Shown: positions 47,120 to 56,871 of the stretch, piece by piece
Numbering within the stretch: position 1 is the first letter of the stretch
How the letters are laid out: each line of letters begins with the position of its first letter
NCBI GenBank assembly: GCA_038231435.1
Contig: JBBRLJ010000002.1
Span: forward strand, 1 to 64,000
Direction of reading: 5' to 3'
From: Planctomycetota bacterium
GTDB lineage: Bacteria > Planctomycetota > UBA11346
Length of the DNA stretch: 64,000 bases
Position numbers and translations under genes: made by a program
The notes under the pieces: model-generated
Seen by the model: the letters and a program-made list of their open reading frames with translations, nothing else
Told to the model about the DNA's origin: nothing
The model's database searches: none

Positions 47120-48721
47120 GTGAGGAAGCCAGCGGCATCGATGTTCCTGCCCGTGATCGCGGCGATGAGCGCCGTCCTATGGTTCGCTGGTGCCCCGATG
47201 GCCCATGGTGAGGAACGGCTCGAGGACCGTGTCTCGGCCACCGACATGACCGACGCGCCCGCCATCTTCGCACTCGCCACCTGGTGCAAGGAACATCGCC
47301 TCCCGACCAAGGCCCAGCAGTACTACAACCAGACCATCAAGGTCGACAAGGATCACGAGGGCGCTCGCGCCGCGCTCGGTTTCGTGCGCGTCGGCGATCG
47401 CTGGGTCAACAAGGCCTATGCTCCCGCCGGGTCCGGCAAACCGGCCGCCGCGGCCGACGCGCCCCGCAGGCCGACCACGCCCGGGCCGACCGCCGCCCAG
47501 GTCCAGTGGGACCTCACGGTTCCTGCCGACCCGGCTCCGACCAATGCGTTCATCACCAAGTACATCGATCGCCTGCCCACGGTCGGCAATGATTCCAACG
47601 AGATGGACGTGTCGGTGGCGACATGCGTCGATCCAAAGAACTGGCCGTCCGCGCTGTCGCGCCTGTGCGCGACGTTGAAGAAGCCGGAATTCAACGATCT
47701 CTACGGCGCCGCCTCGATGGTCTCCGAACTCGCGCGCAAGGGCCGGACGGCCGAGGCCAAGCCGTTGATCGGCTTCATGGTGAAAGCAAGTGAACGCGTC
47801 GCCGACCCAGAGGATCTCGAGACCTTCTGCTACGCCATCGCGGTGTTCAAGGATCGCCGCGCGGTGCCGCGCCTGATCGAGCTGATGGAGAAGGGCCAGG
47901 GATCGCTCGCGAACGCCGCCGCGGCGGCGGTGGCGGCGATCGCCATGCTGCCGCCCGCGAGCATGACCGTCGACAAGGCCCACGAATGGTGGGACATCAA
48001 CTGCAACGTCTCGGAACGCGAAACCTCGCGCGGCCAGCTGCGCAGCGCAGATCCCGCGGTGGCGGTTGAGGCCGCGAAGGCCCTGTATCCCTACCGCGAT
48101 CCCGAAATCATGCCGGTGCTGATCGGCGCGCTCAAGGGCGAGGACAAGCGCGCCGCTTCGATCGCGATCAGCGTGATCGCGAAGGTCACCGGCAACGACT
48201 GGAGCTTCGACGCGAACGCTCCCATCGAACAGCGCACCAAGATCGCCGATCGTTTGGCCGAGTGGTGGAAGCAGGAGAAGGATCGCTTCATCTGGGTCGA
48301 GGACCGCTCGGCGGCGCCTGCGGGATCCGCCGGCATCTCGGCTGATCCGTGCGCCGAATGGGTGGCGCAGCTCGACAGCATGGAAGGCAACAAGGGACAG
48401 CAGGCCGAGGCCAGCCTGCGCGAGCGCGGCGACGAGGCCCTACCCGCACTCATCGATGGCCTGTCCAGCACCAGCAGCATCGTGCGCCGCAAGTGCAATG
48501 ACCAGCTGCGCACCCTGACCCGGCAGGATTTCTCGTTCGATCCGCGCGCAGCAGACGAGGAGCGCGCCAAGGCGATCGCCGCGTGGAAGGCATGGCTACT
48601 GCAGACACACCCGCCGGCCAAGCCCGCGGTCGATGCGCCCGCGACGACGAAGCCTGTCGACAAGCAAAGCGACAAACCAGGCGACAAGCAGAGCGTCAAG
48701 CCGAACCACGACGTGCCCTGA
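47120..48721 (+). CDS. Secreted HEAT-repeat-like protein
   Basis: Signal peptide; LATWC...ARAALGF..VGDRWV domain; AVPRLIELM, MPVLIGAL, ALPALIDGL repeats. Confidence 0.78.
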   Translation: MRKPAASMFLPVIAAMSAVLWFAGAPMAHGEERLEDRVSATDMTDAPAIFALATWCKEHRLPTKAQQYYNQTIKVDKDHEGARAALGFVRVGDRWVNKAYAPAGSGKPAAAADAPRRPTTPGPTAAQVQWDLTVPADPAPTNAFITKYIDRLPTVGNDSNEMDVSVATCVDPKNWPSALSRLCATLKKPEFNDLYGAASMVSELARKGRTAEAKPLIGFMVKASERVADPEDLETFCYAIAVFKDRRAVPRLIELMEKGQGSLANAAAAAVAAIAMLPPASMTVDKAHEWWDINCNVSERETSRGQLRSADPAVAVEAAKALYPYRDPEIMPVLIGALKGEDKRAASIAISVIAKVTGNDWSFDANAPIEQRTKIADRLAEWWKQEKDRFIWVEDRSAAPAGSAGISADPCAEWVAQLDSMEGNKGQQAEASLRERGDEALPALIDGLSSTSSIVRRKCNDQLRTLTRQDFSFDPRAADEERAKAIAAWKAWLLQTHPPAKPAVDAPATTKPVDKQSDKPGDKQSVKPNHDVP

Positions 48722-48747
48722 TCGATCCAGACGCAGCATCCGCCAGC

Positions 48748-49563
48748 ATGCCCAACCCCCCTCCTGGTGGTCCGACCGATCGGCCGCGCACGCCGCCACG
48801 GGCGACGGCGATGGCGCGCGCCTGCGTGGTTCTGGTGCGCACCCAGGGGGCGATCAATCTCGGCATGGTGGCGCGCCTGTGCGGCAATCTCGGCGCGGAC
48901 GAGCTGCGCCTGGTGGCGCCGCGATGCCGGCCCGATGCCGACGAGAGCCTGGCGTTCGCGACCCACGCCCGCGAGCTGTTGCTGGGCGCGCGCATCTTTC
49001 CCGACATCTCATCGGCCACGGCGGACTGTGGCATGGTGGTCGGCACCAGCGGCGAGTTCCGCACCGGTGAGCTCGGGCCGCCCCTGCTTCCCGGCAAGGT
49101 GCCGGCGTTGCTGGCGGCGCGCGGCGTCAGGCGTTGGGCGCTGGTGTTCGGGAACGAAGCCGATGGCTTGGACACCGATGAATTGCGCTCCTGCCAGGCG
49201 TGGATCCATCTCGACACCTTCGGGCCGGTGACCAGCTACAACTTGGCGCACGCCGTGGCGATTGCCGGCTACGCCATCGCCACCGCAGATCAGCCCGAGA
49301 GCGTTCCAGAGGCGCGCGTCGCCGATCGCGGCGATGTCGAGCGCCTGTCCGAGCACTGGCTGTCAGCGCTGATAGCCGCCGAGCATCCGCCGGCGCTCGA
49401 TGCCGGATTCCCACCCAGGCTGCGCGCCCTGATCGATCGGTTGTCGTTGGACGACAAGGACGTCCGTGCCCTCCGCGGCATGCTGACCAACATCCAGCGG
49501 GCATTGGGGAAGGATGGAGGCGTGTCGCCCCCGCCTACGTCGACGTCGACATCACCTGATTAG
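48748..49563 (+). CDS. trmJ: SPOUT RNA methyltransferase, TrmJ/LasT family
   Basis: VVLVRT..AINLGMVAR, VVGTS, LVFGNEADGL, SYNLAHAV; start may be 48811. Confidence 0.85.
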   Translation: MPNPPPGGPTDRPRTPPRATAMARACVVLVRTQGAINLGMVARLCGNLGADELRLVAPRCRPDADESLAFATHARELLLGARIFPDISSATADCGMVVGTSGEFRTGELGPPLLPGKVPALLAARGVRRWALVFGNEADGLDTDELRSCQAWIHLDTFGPVTSYNLAHAVAIAGYAIATADQPESVPEARVADRGDVERLSEHWLSALIAAEHPPALDAGFPPRLRALIDRLSLDDKDVRALRGMLTNIQRALGKDGGVSPPPTSTSTSPD

Positions 49564-49624
49564 GCAAATTGCCTGGTGATAAGTGGCTCCGCGCCGCACC
49601 CCCGCAGACGTCCGCGTGCGGAAG

Positions 49625-50191
49625 TCAGCGGTCGTTGGGTGCATCCTCGAAGAACATCGGCGCCGGGCGATCGCCCGCGATGGTCACGGTCAGCTGCCTC
49701 AGGAGCCCGCCGAGCCGGCGCCGATCAGTGGGTTCCATGCTCGCGATTGCCGTCATCAGGTGCTCCTGCGCGGCCTCCGGTGCCCTGCGCGACAGCAGCA
49801 TGCCGCGGCGCGTGAGGGTGACGTCGATCTGGCGGCCATCGATGGCCGAGCGCTGCCGCGCCACCAGGCCGAGCACGGCGAGCCTGGAAACCACCGCGGA
49901 CACCGAGCTTTGATGAGTCAGGGTCGCCTCGGCCAGCTGGTTCACCGAGGCTACCCGGAGCGCGGCGAGCTTATGGAGCACGAACAGTTGCGCACCGCTC
50001 ACGCCGACCTCGCTCTCGGCCGCGCGCGACGATTCGCGTAGCTCGCGCACGATGCAGCGGATGGCATCGAGGATCACCCGGCCGTCGGCCAGCGCATCGA
50101 CCTCCACGGTCCGCCCGCCCCTGGGCACTCGGTGGTCGCGGTGGCGGCGGCTTCGGCGTGGCGGCTTGGTCCGGATCATGCGAGCGGTCAT
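49625..50191 (-). CDS. MarR-family transcriptional regulator
   Basis: GVSGAQLFVL, HQSSVSAVVSRL, DGRQIDVTLT; true start may lie further downstream. Confidence 0.87.
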   Translation of the reverse strand: MTARMIRTKPPRRSRRHRDHRVPRGGRTVEVDALADGRVILDAIRCIVRELRESSRAAESEVGVSGAQLFVLHKLAALRVASVNQLAEATLTHQSSVSAVVSRLAVLGLVARQRSAIDGRQIDVTLTRRGMLLSRRAPEAAQEHLMTAIASMEPTDRRRLGGLLRQLTVTIAGDRPAPMFFEDAPNDR

Positions 50192-50292
50192 GTGAGCGGC
50201 AGCCTAACAATCCATCCCCTGCAGGATAGCAGCGGGCACAGCAGCTCCCTCGACGACCCGTCTACCAAACGCTCACCTCATGTGTAGTGCGT

Positions 50293-50817
50293 TCATGGAG
50301 AAGGAGTCGAGAGCTCCAGGTGCTGATGCTCCTCGGCGTCACCGGCACGCTTGCCGGTGGCGATGGCCTTGACGAAGCCGGCGAGGCGGGTGGCAGTGCC
50401 TCCCGTAGATTTCCACCAATCGGCCTGCTCCACGCGGACGCGCAGCAGCAGCAGATCGGGATCGTCGAGACCGCGCGGGAACCATGCTTCGTAGAGCCGA
50501 TCCCAGAGTTGGCGCATCCTGCGCCCGTCAACCAGGGCCTCTGCCTGACCCGACACCGACACCCAGACGTGCTGCGAGGCGTAGGTGATGTTCACCCATG
50601 GACGCGCGCGGATCTCATCGACCTTGTGCGCATCCTTGGCGGTGAAGAACCAGAGCGTGCCGTCGAACGGGATGCGCTGGGTGGCCATCGGTCGGGCACG
50701 CAGCGTGCCATCGGCATCGACGGTGGAGAGCATGGCGACGCGTACATCCTGGATGAGGAAGGCCAGGCGTTCGATCGGAGTCCTCTCGGCGGACGTGGAA
50801 TTGACGAGACGAACCAT
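50293..50817 (-). CDS. Pyridoxamine 5'-phosphate oxidase-like general stress protein
   Basis: AMLST, ARPM, LWFFT, AWFPRGLDDP. Confidence 0.88.
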   Translation of the reverse strand: MVRLVNSTSAERTPIERLAFLIQDVRVAMLSTVDADGTLRARPMATQRIPFDGTLWFFTAKDAHKVDEIRARPWVNITYASQHVWVSVSGQAEALVDGRRMRQLWDRLYEAWFPRGLDDPDLLLLRVRVEQADWWKSTGGTATRLAGFVKAIATGKRAGDAEEHQHLELSTPSP

Positions 50818-50841
50818 GGTATGTTTCCCTAGTGGATCTGC

Positions 50842-51861
50842 TCACACGAATGCAGCGAGGCCGACCACCAGGAGCACCGCCGCTGCCGCAGCCGACCAGC
50901 CGAGGGCGGGATGCAGGGCGGCGCGGGTGTAGACGCTGGAAGTCGCCACATGGCCACGGTGCGAGCCCCGGGTGTGCCCTTCATCGCCGTGCGGCTCGTA
51001 TAGGCTGTCCACCCCATGGGGTGGCTCTGATGAGCGCTGGGCGGAATACATCGTACGTTCCATCATCCGGTCCGCGAGTCTGGGCATGAAGGTCTCCATC
51101 AGCGAAAACGCCCTCGCGGCGCCGCCGACGAAGATGTCGCGGTGCGGATGCACGGCGCAGGCCAGGATGGTATCCGCCACCACATCGGGCGCGTACACCG
51201 GACCCGGAAATCTGGGATGCACATCGAGGTGGTTGCGCGCATGGGCAGTGAAAGGAGTGTCGATGGACGAAGGTTTGACCAGCGTGACCACGATCGGCGA
51301 TCCCTCGGCCTCCAACTCCATGCGCAGGCCGTCGGTGTAGGCCTTCACCGCATGCTTGGAGGCGGCATAGATCCCCTGCAGGGGGATGACGCGCTCGGAC
51401 AGCACGCTGCCGATGTTGATGATGGTTCCCCCACTCGCGCGCAGATGCGGCACCGCCGCCCGGCATCCATGGACGACGCCCCAGAAGTTCACGTCGAACA
51501 GACGACGCTTCTCGGCGAGCGGGATCTGCGACAGCGTGCCGTAGATGGCGAGTCCGGCATTGTTCACCCAGGTATCGATGCGGCCATAGGCGCTGATTGC
51601 ATGCTCGGCGATGGCGAGGACCTGATCGGGATCGGCGACGTCCGCTGCGAAGTGAACCGCTTTACCGCCGCGTGAGCGGATGTCGGCGACGACTCCAGCG
51701 AGTTCACGATCGTCACGGGATGCGAGCACGACCTTCGCGCCGGCGGCAGCCGCCTTCAAGGCGGTGGCCAGGCCGATGCCGCTCGAGGCTCCGGTGATGA
51801 CGATGACTTGGTGGTCGATGGCCTTGGGCTGGAATCTTCGCGTCACGCGGTCGGTGCTCAT
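50842..51861 (-). CDS. SDR-family oxidoreductase
   Basis: TGASSGIG, VNNAG, YAASK; GGAGG RBS. Confidence 0.93.
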   Translation of the reverse strand: MSTDRVTRRFQPKAIDHQVIVITGASSGIGLATALKAAAAGAKVVLASRDDRELAGVVADIRSRGGKAVHFAADVADPDQVLAIAEHAISAYGRIDTWVNNAGLAIYGTLSQIPLAEKRRLFDVNFWGVVHGCRAAVPHLRASGGTIINIGSVLSERVIPLQGIYAASKHAVKAYTDGLRMELEAEGSPIVVTLVKPSSIDTPFTAHARNHLDVHPRFPGPVYAPDVVADTILACAVHPHRDIFVGGAARAFSLMETFMPRLADRMMERTMYSAQRSSEPPHGVDSLYEPHGDEGHTRGSHRGHVATSSVYTRAALHPALGWSAAAAAVLLVVGLAAFV

Positions 51862-52087
51862 GACTGCCTCCAATCGACGGCCGACCTGCCTGAAGGGATT
51901 CCTCGGGCGATGCCGGCGATCATGGACTGGCAGTATACCTGCACGCGCGTCCCCACCCGTCCGAGGCGGGGAAGACCCTGCACAGCGCATCGCCTAATTC
52001 GCCGATGGATGCTTGAACGGCGCGACTAGTCGCGCTCATGTCCCTCATATCCATCCATGTCGATGCGGACATTCGGCAACGAGCGCC

Positions 52088-52855
52088 CTAGGCCGGCGAT
52101 CGGCCCACAATCTCGCCTCCGTGCAGGAATGGCTCGGTGCGCCCGCGCGGCTTGCCATCGGGACCGGCGACCACTTCGTCGGAATATTGGATGAGGTAGC
52201 TGCGGCGCGGCTTGCCGCTGCGATTGAAGCCACTGCGGTGCAGGGTGACACTCGAGAACACCGCGATCGATCCCGCCGGGGCGATGATCGGGATGCCCGG
52301 GTCGTCTCCCTGGTAGCCGACCAGGTCGTTGGTCACGGGATCGTGGATGTGCGGCTTGATCGATTTGCCGCCGGCGCGCGAGTATGGCAGTACGTAGACC
52401 GTGCCGTTCTCCTCGCTGACGTCATCGAGGGCGCACCAGCACGTCAGGTAGGGATTGTGCGGGATGTCGCCCACGTATCCGGAATCCTGGTGCCAGCTGA
52501 AGGTCATGCCGGCTTCAGCCATCTTCACCACATACTGCTCCCAGAACACGAAGGCTTCTGGCCCGAGCAACGAGCGACACAGCTCGGCCATGAGCTGGCT
52601 GTAGATGAACTCGAAGAGCGCTGGCTGCTTTTGCGATGTATGCCCGGAGAAATATCTGCTGCCGCGATGGTTGATGCCAATCACGTCGGTGCCGAGCTTG
52701 TCCATCTCGGCGTGCACCTCGTCGATGGCGAACTGGCAGTTGTCGCGCAGCAGCTTCACGTGCTCGTCGGGAATGGCGCGCTCGAGGATGAACCAGCCTT
52801 CTTCGTGGTATTGGCGGATCTGGGCATCGGTGATGCGGCAGGCGGTGGCGGTCAT
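52088..52855 (-). CDS. PhyH-family Fe(II)/2OG dioxygenase
   Basis: YHEEGW, FSWHQDSGY, CWCALDD..EENG, TLHRSG. Confidence 0.93.
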   Translation of the reverse strand: MTATACRITDAQIRQYHEEGWFILERAIPDEHVKLLRDNCQFAIDEVHAEMDKLGTDVIGINHRGSRYFSGHTSQKQPALFEFIYSQLMAELCRSLLGPEAFVFWEQYVVKMAEAGMTFSWHQDSGYVGDIPHNPYLTCWCALDDVSEENGTVYVLPYSRAGGKSIKPHIHDPVTNDLVGYQGDDPGIPIIAPAGSIAVFSSVTLHRSGFNRSGKPRRSYLIQYSDEVVAGPDGKPRGRTEPFLHGGEIVGRSPA

Positions 52856-53019
52856 GGCGGATGTTCTCCATTCTTCGGCGGATGGGACGTGGACGGATTG
52901 TTGTGGCTCGTCTCCGTGGGATCTTCGCTTCCAGGACGGTCGCTGCTTCTCAAGGCATGGCGGAAAGTTATCATTTTCTGCTGGAGAGCCCCGCCTGGGT
53001 CCTCCTGAAGGAGCCAGAC

Positions 53020-53841
53020 GTGAAGGAGGCGCTGCATCTGCCAGGCGACGTCGACGGCCGGGCCTGGCCGCACATCTACCGTGGCCGGCTGCATCCGCGC
53101 CACCACCACGAGGAGCTGGAATTCAACCTGGTGGTGCGCGGCACCGGACGCTACCTGCTCGACGATCGCCGTTACGACCTCGGACCCAACAGCCTGGTGT
53201 GGCTGTTCCCCGAGCAGGAACACGTGCTGATCGACATGTCCAAGGACTTCAGCATGTGGATCCTCGTGGTGAGCCCGCGCACCCTGCGCGCGCACTGCGC
53301 GGCCGCGCCGTACAGCGCACTGCTCGAGGGCAATCCACCCGGGCACTTCTGTCGACGGCTCACCGATCCCGATGCTCTGCAGCTGCGCCGCCTGCTGGAA
53401 GGCCTGCCCGCGGCGGAGCACGATCGCGCGCGCGCGAATGCAGGAATCGCCTACACCACGCTCGCTGGCTGGGCGATGTACGACCGCGCGCCGGACACCA
53501 TCGCCAGCGTGCGCCTGCATCCCGCGGTCGAGCGCGCGGCGAGCCTGCTCTCCAGGGATGACGCCGCCGATCTCGGGGCGGTGGCGGCGAAGGCGGGGCT
53601 CAGCCACTCGCGCTTGAGCCATCTTTTCCGCGAACAGACCGGCCAGACCCTCGCGGCCTACCGCAATCGCCAGCGCCTCGAGCGCTTCTTCGACGCGGCC
53701 TCGGATCGCAAGCGCACGCTGCTCGCGGCCGCGCTGGACGCGGGGTTCGGCAGTTATGCGCAATTCCACCGCATCTTCCGCAGCTTGGTCGGCGTCAGCC
53801 CCGCGACCTGGCAACGCCGCGCCGATGGCGAGCGCGGCTGA
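53020..53841 (+). CDS. AraC-family transcriptional regulator
   Basis: HHHEELEFNLV cupin, AGFGSYAQFHRIF; AAGGAG RBS before GTG. Confidence 0.92.
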   Translation: MKEALHLPGDVDGRAWPHIYRGRLHPRHHHEELEFNLVVRGTGRYLLDDRRYDLGPNSLVWLFPEQEHVLIDMSKDFSMWILVVSPRTLRAHCAAAPYSALLEGNPPGHFCRRLTDPDALQLRRLLEGLPAAEHDRARANAGIAYTTLAGWAMYDRAPDTIASVRLHPAVERAASLLSRDDAADLGAVAAKAGLSHSRLSHLFREQTGQTLAAYRNRQRLERFFDAASDRKRTLLAAALDAGFGSYAQFHRIFRSLVGVSPATWQRRADGERG

Positions 53842-53864
53842 GCATCATTAACAACAGCGGATAA

Positions 53865-54674
53865 TCAGCGGACTTTGCGGAAGCGCCCCGGCGGCTGGCC
53901 GGTGGCCTTGCGGAAGGCGGCGGTGAAGTAGTGCTCGTCGCGGAAGGCGCATGAGCGCGCGATGTCCTTGATCGGCATCGCAGAATGCGCGAGCAGATCC
54001 TTGGCGCGCTCGATGCGCACGTCGCCGAGCCAGCGCACCGGGCTGATCCCCCAGCGGCTCTTGAAGACATGGCGCAGATGGTCGGGGCCAACGCCCAGCG
54101 AATGCGCGATCTCGTCCACGCTCGAGATCTCGTGGTAGCGCTCCTTGATGCGCCGCCTGGCCTCCTCGGCCAACGCGTCCGCGCGCGAACGCCCCGAGCG
54201 CGAACCGGCGCGCCACGCGGCGACCAGATGCGCGAGCAGCGCCGAAGCGCGCAGATCGAGCGCGAGGCGCTCGGCGTCGCCCACGCCGGCGTGTTCGCGC
54301 GTCAGCGCGTGCAGTTCGCCCACTGCCCACGCGTCCTCGACCTCGCGGATGTGCAGGCAGCCCTGGAAGACCCGAGGCACGGGCGGGCGCATTTCGAGCT
54401 GGACGCAGAAGTCCTCGCCGGGTTGGCGCATCGATTGGTCGTGCTCGAGCGCCGGAGCGTAGACCACGACATCGCCCTGGGCGAAATCAAAGCCGGCACT
54501 CCCGGGGATGCTGCTGCGTCCCGCGCCGCGCGGATGGTAGACGATCTCGAGCCCGGCATGGGCATGCATCGGGCAATAACCCGGAACCGGTTGGCGGAAA
54601 CCGCACAGAAAACGCACGCGCCGCTCGGATAGGCAGCGTACCAGTTCAGCATCGGCCGGTTCTTCGCTGGGCAT
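53865..54674 (-). CDS. AraC-family transcriptional regulator
   Basis: MHAHAGLEIVYH cupin, FRDEHYFTAAFRKATG. Confidence 0.9.
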   Translation of the reverse strand: MPSEEPADAELVRCLSERRVRFLCGFRQPVPGYCPMHAHAGLEIVYHPRGAGRSSIPGSAGFDFAQGDVVVYAPALEHDQSMRQPGEDFCVQLEMRPPVPRVFQGCLHIREVEDAWAVGELHALTREHAGVGDAERLALDLRASALLAHLVAAWRAGSRSGRSRADALAEEARRRIKERYHEISSVDEIAHSLGVGPDHLRHVFKSRWGISPVRWLGDVRIERAKDLLAHSAMPIKDIARSCAFRDEHYFTAAFRKATGQPPGRFRKVR

Positions 54675-54834
54675 ATCCGAGTCTAGCGCCGTTAATCGGC
54701 ATGAACATATGCCATATTTGCTGTTCTTGTCATGTTTTGTGGATGTCAACCACCGAAAATCATCATCGGCACCGAACATCGGCCTTGTCTGGCGAGAGCC
54801 TTGGCGCCTATGATGCGGACACGGAGGTCGAGCC

Positions 54835-55806
54835 ATGGGTGCACGCGTCGTCTTCACCGGCAAACAGCAGGTCGTCTTGGAGGCGCATCCGGTGCAGGAG
54901 CCGGGACCAGGGATGGTGCGCCTGCGCACGCGCTGCTCGCTGATGAGCACTGGCACCGAGAACATCTGCTTCAACCGCCTGTTCGAACCCGGCAGCCATT
55001 GGGACAAGTGGGTGCGCTACCCCTTCTTCCCTGGCTACTCGACCATCGGCATCGTCGAGGCCGTCGGCAGCGGCTGCGAGGGCATCGCCATCGGCCAGCG
55101 CGTCGCCTGCCGCGCTCCGCACTCGTCGCATCCGCTCGTCGAAGCCTCACGCTGCTGTCCGGTTCCCGAGGGCATCGACGACCGTTCGGCCGCGTGGTTC
55201 GCGCTCTCCAAGATCGCGCGCGTCGGATCGTTGGCGGCGGACTACCGGCTTGGCGACCAGGTGCTGGTGATCGGTGCCGGGCCGATCGGCCAGATGACCG
55301 TGCGCTGGGCGGTCGCGGCCGGAGCCAAGGTAGTGATCGTCGTCGACAGCGTGGAGATGCGCCTGGGATTGGCCCGTGCCGGCGGCGCGACCCACGCCAT
55401 CGCCGCCACCGCCGACGCCTGCGCCGACGCCGTGAAGGCCGCATGCGGCGGGGTGCTGCCGCGCGTGGTCGTGGACACCACCGGCAATGAGCACGTGTTC
55501 CCGCATGCGCTCGCGCTCGCGCGCACACGTGGCACGGTGGTGATCCTCGGCGACACCGGCTCGCCGTCATTGCAGCGACTCACCCCCGACGTCATCACCC
55601 GCGGCCTGTCGATCGTCGGCGCGCATGATCTGCTCGAAGAGGACCGCCCACATGTCGCGTTATTCTATGCGCTCGCCACCACCGGTCGCTTCGCGCTGAG
55701 CGGCCTGAACACCGACGTGTTCAAGCCCGACCAGTGCGCGGCGGCATATGCGGCCGCCAATACCCGACGTGGCGAGACCATGGGGATCATCTTCGACTGG
55801 GCGTGA
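54835..55806 (+). CDS. MDR-superfamily (zinc-type alcohol dehydrogenase-like) oxidoreductase
   Basis: SLMSTGTE, YPFFPGY, GAGPIG, VDTTG. Confidence 0.88.
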   Translation: MGARVVFTGKQQVVLEAHPVQEPGPGMVRLRTRCSLMSTGTENICFNRLFEPGSHWDKWVRYPFFPGYSTIGIVEAVGSGCEGIAIGQRVACRAPHSSHPLVEASRCCPVPEGIDDRSAAWFALSKIARVGSLAADYRLGDQVLVIGAGPIGQMTVRWAVAAGAKVVIVVDSVEMRLGLARAGGATHAIAATADACADAVKAACGGVLPRVVVDTTGNEHVFPHALALARTRGTVVILGDTGSPSLQRLTPDVITRGLSIVGAHDLLEEDRPHVALFYALATTGRFALSGLNTDVFKPDQCAAAYAAANTRRGETMGIIFDWA

Positions 55807-55816
55807 GCTATTTTTT

Positions 55817-56232
55817 CAGGGGCTTCGCCCCTACGGCCCGTTGGGCCTACCCCACGGGCTTTGTCGCGGTTCGCTTTCGCCGCGGCGGCGAAAGCGTCGG
55901 CGGATCGGCTACGCCGATTGTATCCGCCGACCACCGCTCGGCGCCCGCCCCATCGCAGAGCGATGGGGCCCCCGTCCAGTCACCGGCCACCGAGCACTGG
56001 TTTGCGTGGCAGGTATGATTCTGGGGCTTCGCCCCTACGGCCCGTTGGGCCTACCCCATGGGCTTTGTCGCGGTTCGATATCGCATCTTCCAACCGGCGG
56101 CGCAGCCGCTCGGACGCCGAGTCCTGGTTTGCGTGAATAATGGGCGCAGCCCATCACGCAAACTTTCTGGCCGCCCGGCGGCCAGAAAGAAGGACGACAA
56201 AGACCGTGGGGGCCCGGGGGCAGAGCCCCCGC
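55817..56232. repeat. Composite of structured repeats: + copy ~55817-55947, truncated + copy ~56023-56077, - copy ~56115-56232
   Basis: + copies match the 32545 family (GGGGCTTCGCCCCTACGGCC, CTTTGTCG, GGATCGGCTACGCCGATTGTATCC); the - copy matches the 41428-41547 copy. Confidence 0.87.
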
Positions 56233-56243
56233 AATGATGAACG

Positions 56244-56726
56244 TCAGGCGACGCCTGGTTTTCCTAGGACGTGGCGGATCAGGCCGAGTTGGCCGAGGTG
56301 GTAGGCTTCGTGCCATTGCAGGAAGCGGGCGGCGCCGGCGACAGTGTCGGAGCCATCGGGCAGCTTGCGGCCGAATGGCGCCTGGCCGGCTTCGGCGCTC
56401 AGGGTCGCCAGGCCACCGGTGATGACCAGACCGCCGTGATGGAAGGCGCGCACCAGGTCCGCCGCATCCGCGCCGCCCTCGGCCGCGGGCTTGCTGCCGC
56501 GGGCGAAGGAACCTTCCCACGGAGACTGCGCGACGGTGATGCCGAGCTTGCGCGCGAGACCCATGCGCATCGAGGCGAGATGGCCGACGATCCATAGCGC
56601 GTGGCTGGCGCCGGCGAGCTGATGCGTCCAGTCGGCGGGCGAGAAGCCCTCGATCAGCCGGTCGAGCATGCGGTCCTGGAATTGGAAGAAGCCGATCAGC
56701 GGCTTCAGTGTCGGGTCACCGCTCAT
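56244..56726 (-). CDS. DinB-family protein
   Basis: WIVGHLA and WHEAYHLGQL His motifs. Confidence 0.85.
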   Translation of the reverse strand: MSGDPTLKPLIGFFQFQDRMLDRLIEGFSPADWTHQLAGASHALWIVGHLASMRMGLARKLGITVAQSPWEGSFARGSKPAAEGGADAADLVRAFHHGGLVITGGLATLSAEAGQAPFGRKLPDGSDTVAGAARFLQWHEAYHLGQLGLIRHVLGKPGVA

Positions 56727-56871
56727 GCGGCCGCGGCGGACGATGCGCCCGCGATGGGGATGTGGAACATGGCTTGCCGATTCCTCGTTTCGCGATTTGA
56801 ACCGCCCCTGGCGGCAGTCCAGCGGGCAGTCCAGCGAAAGGCCCCGCTCGGGCATGAACTCTGCACCGCCC

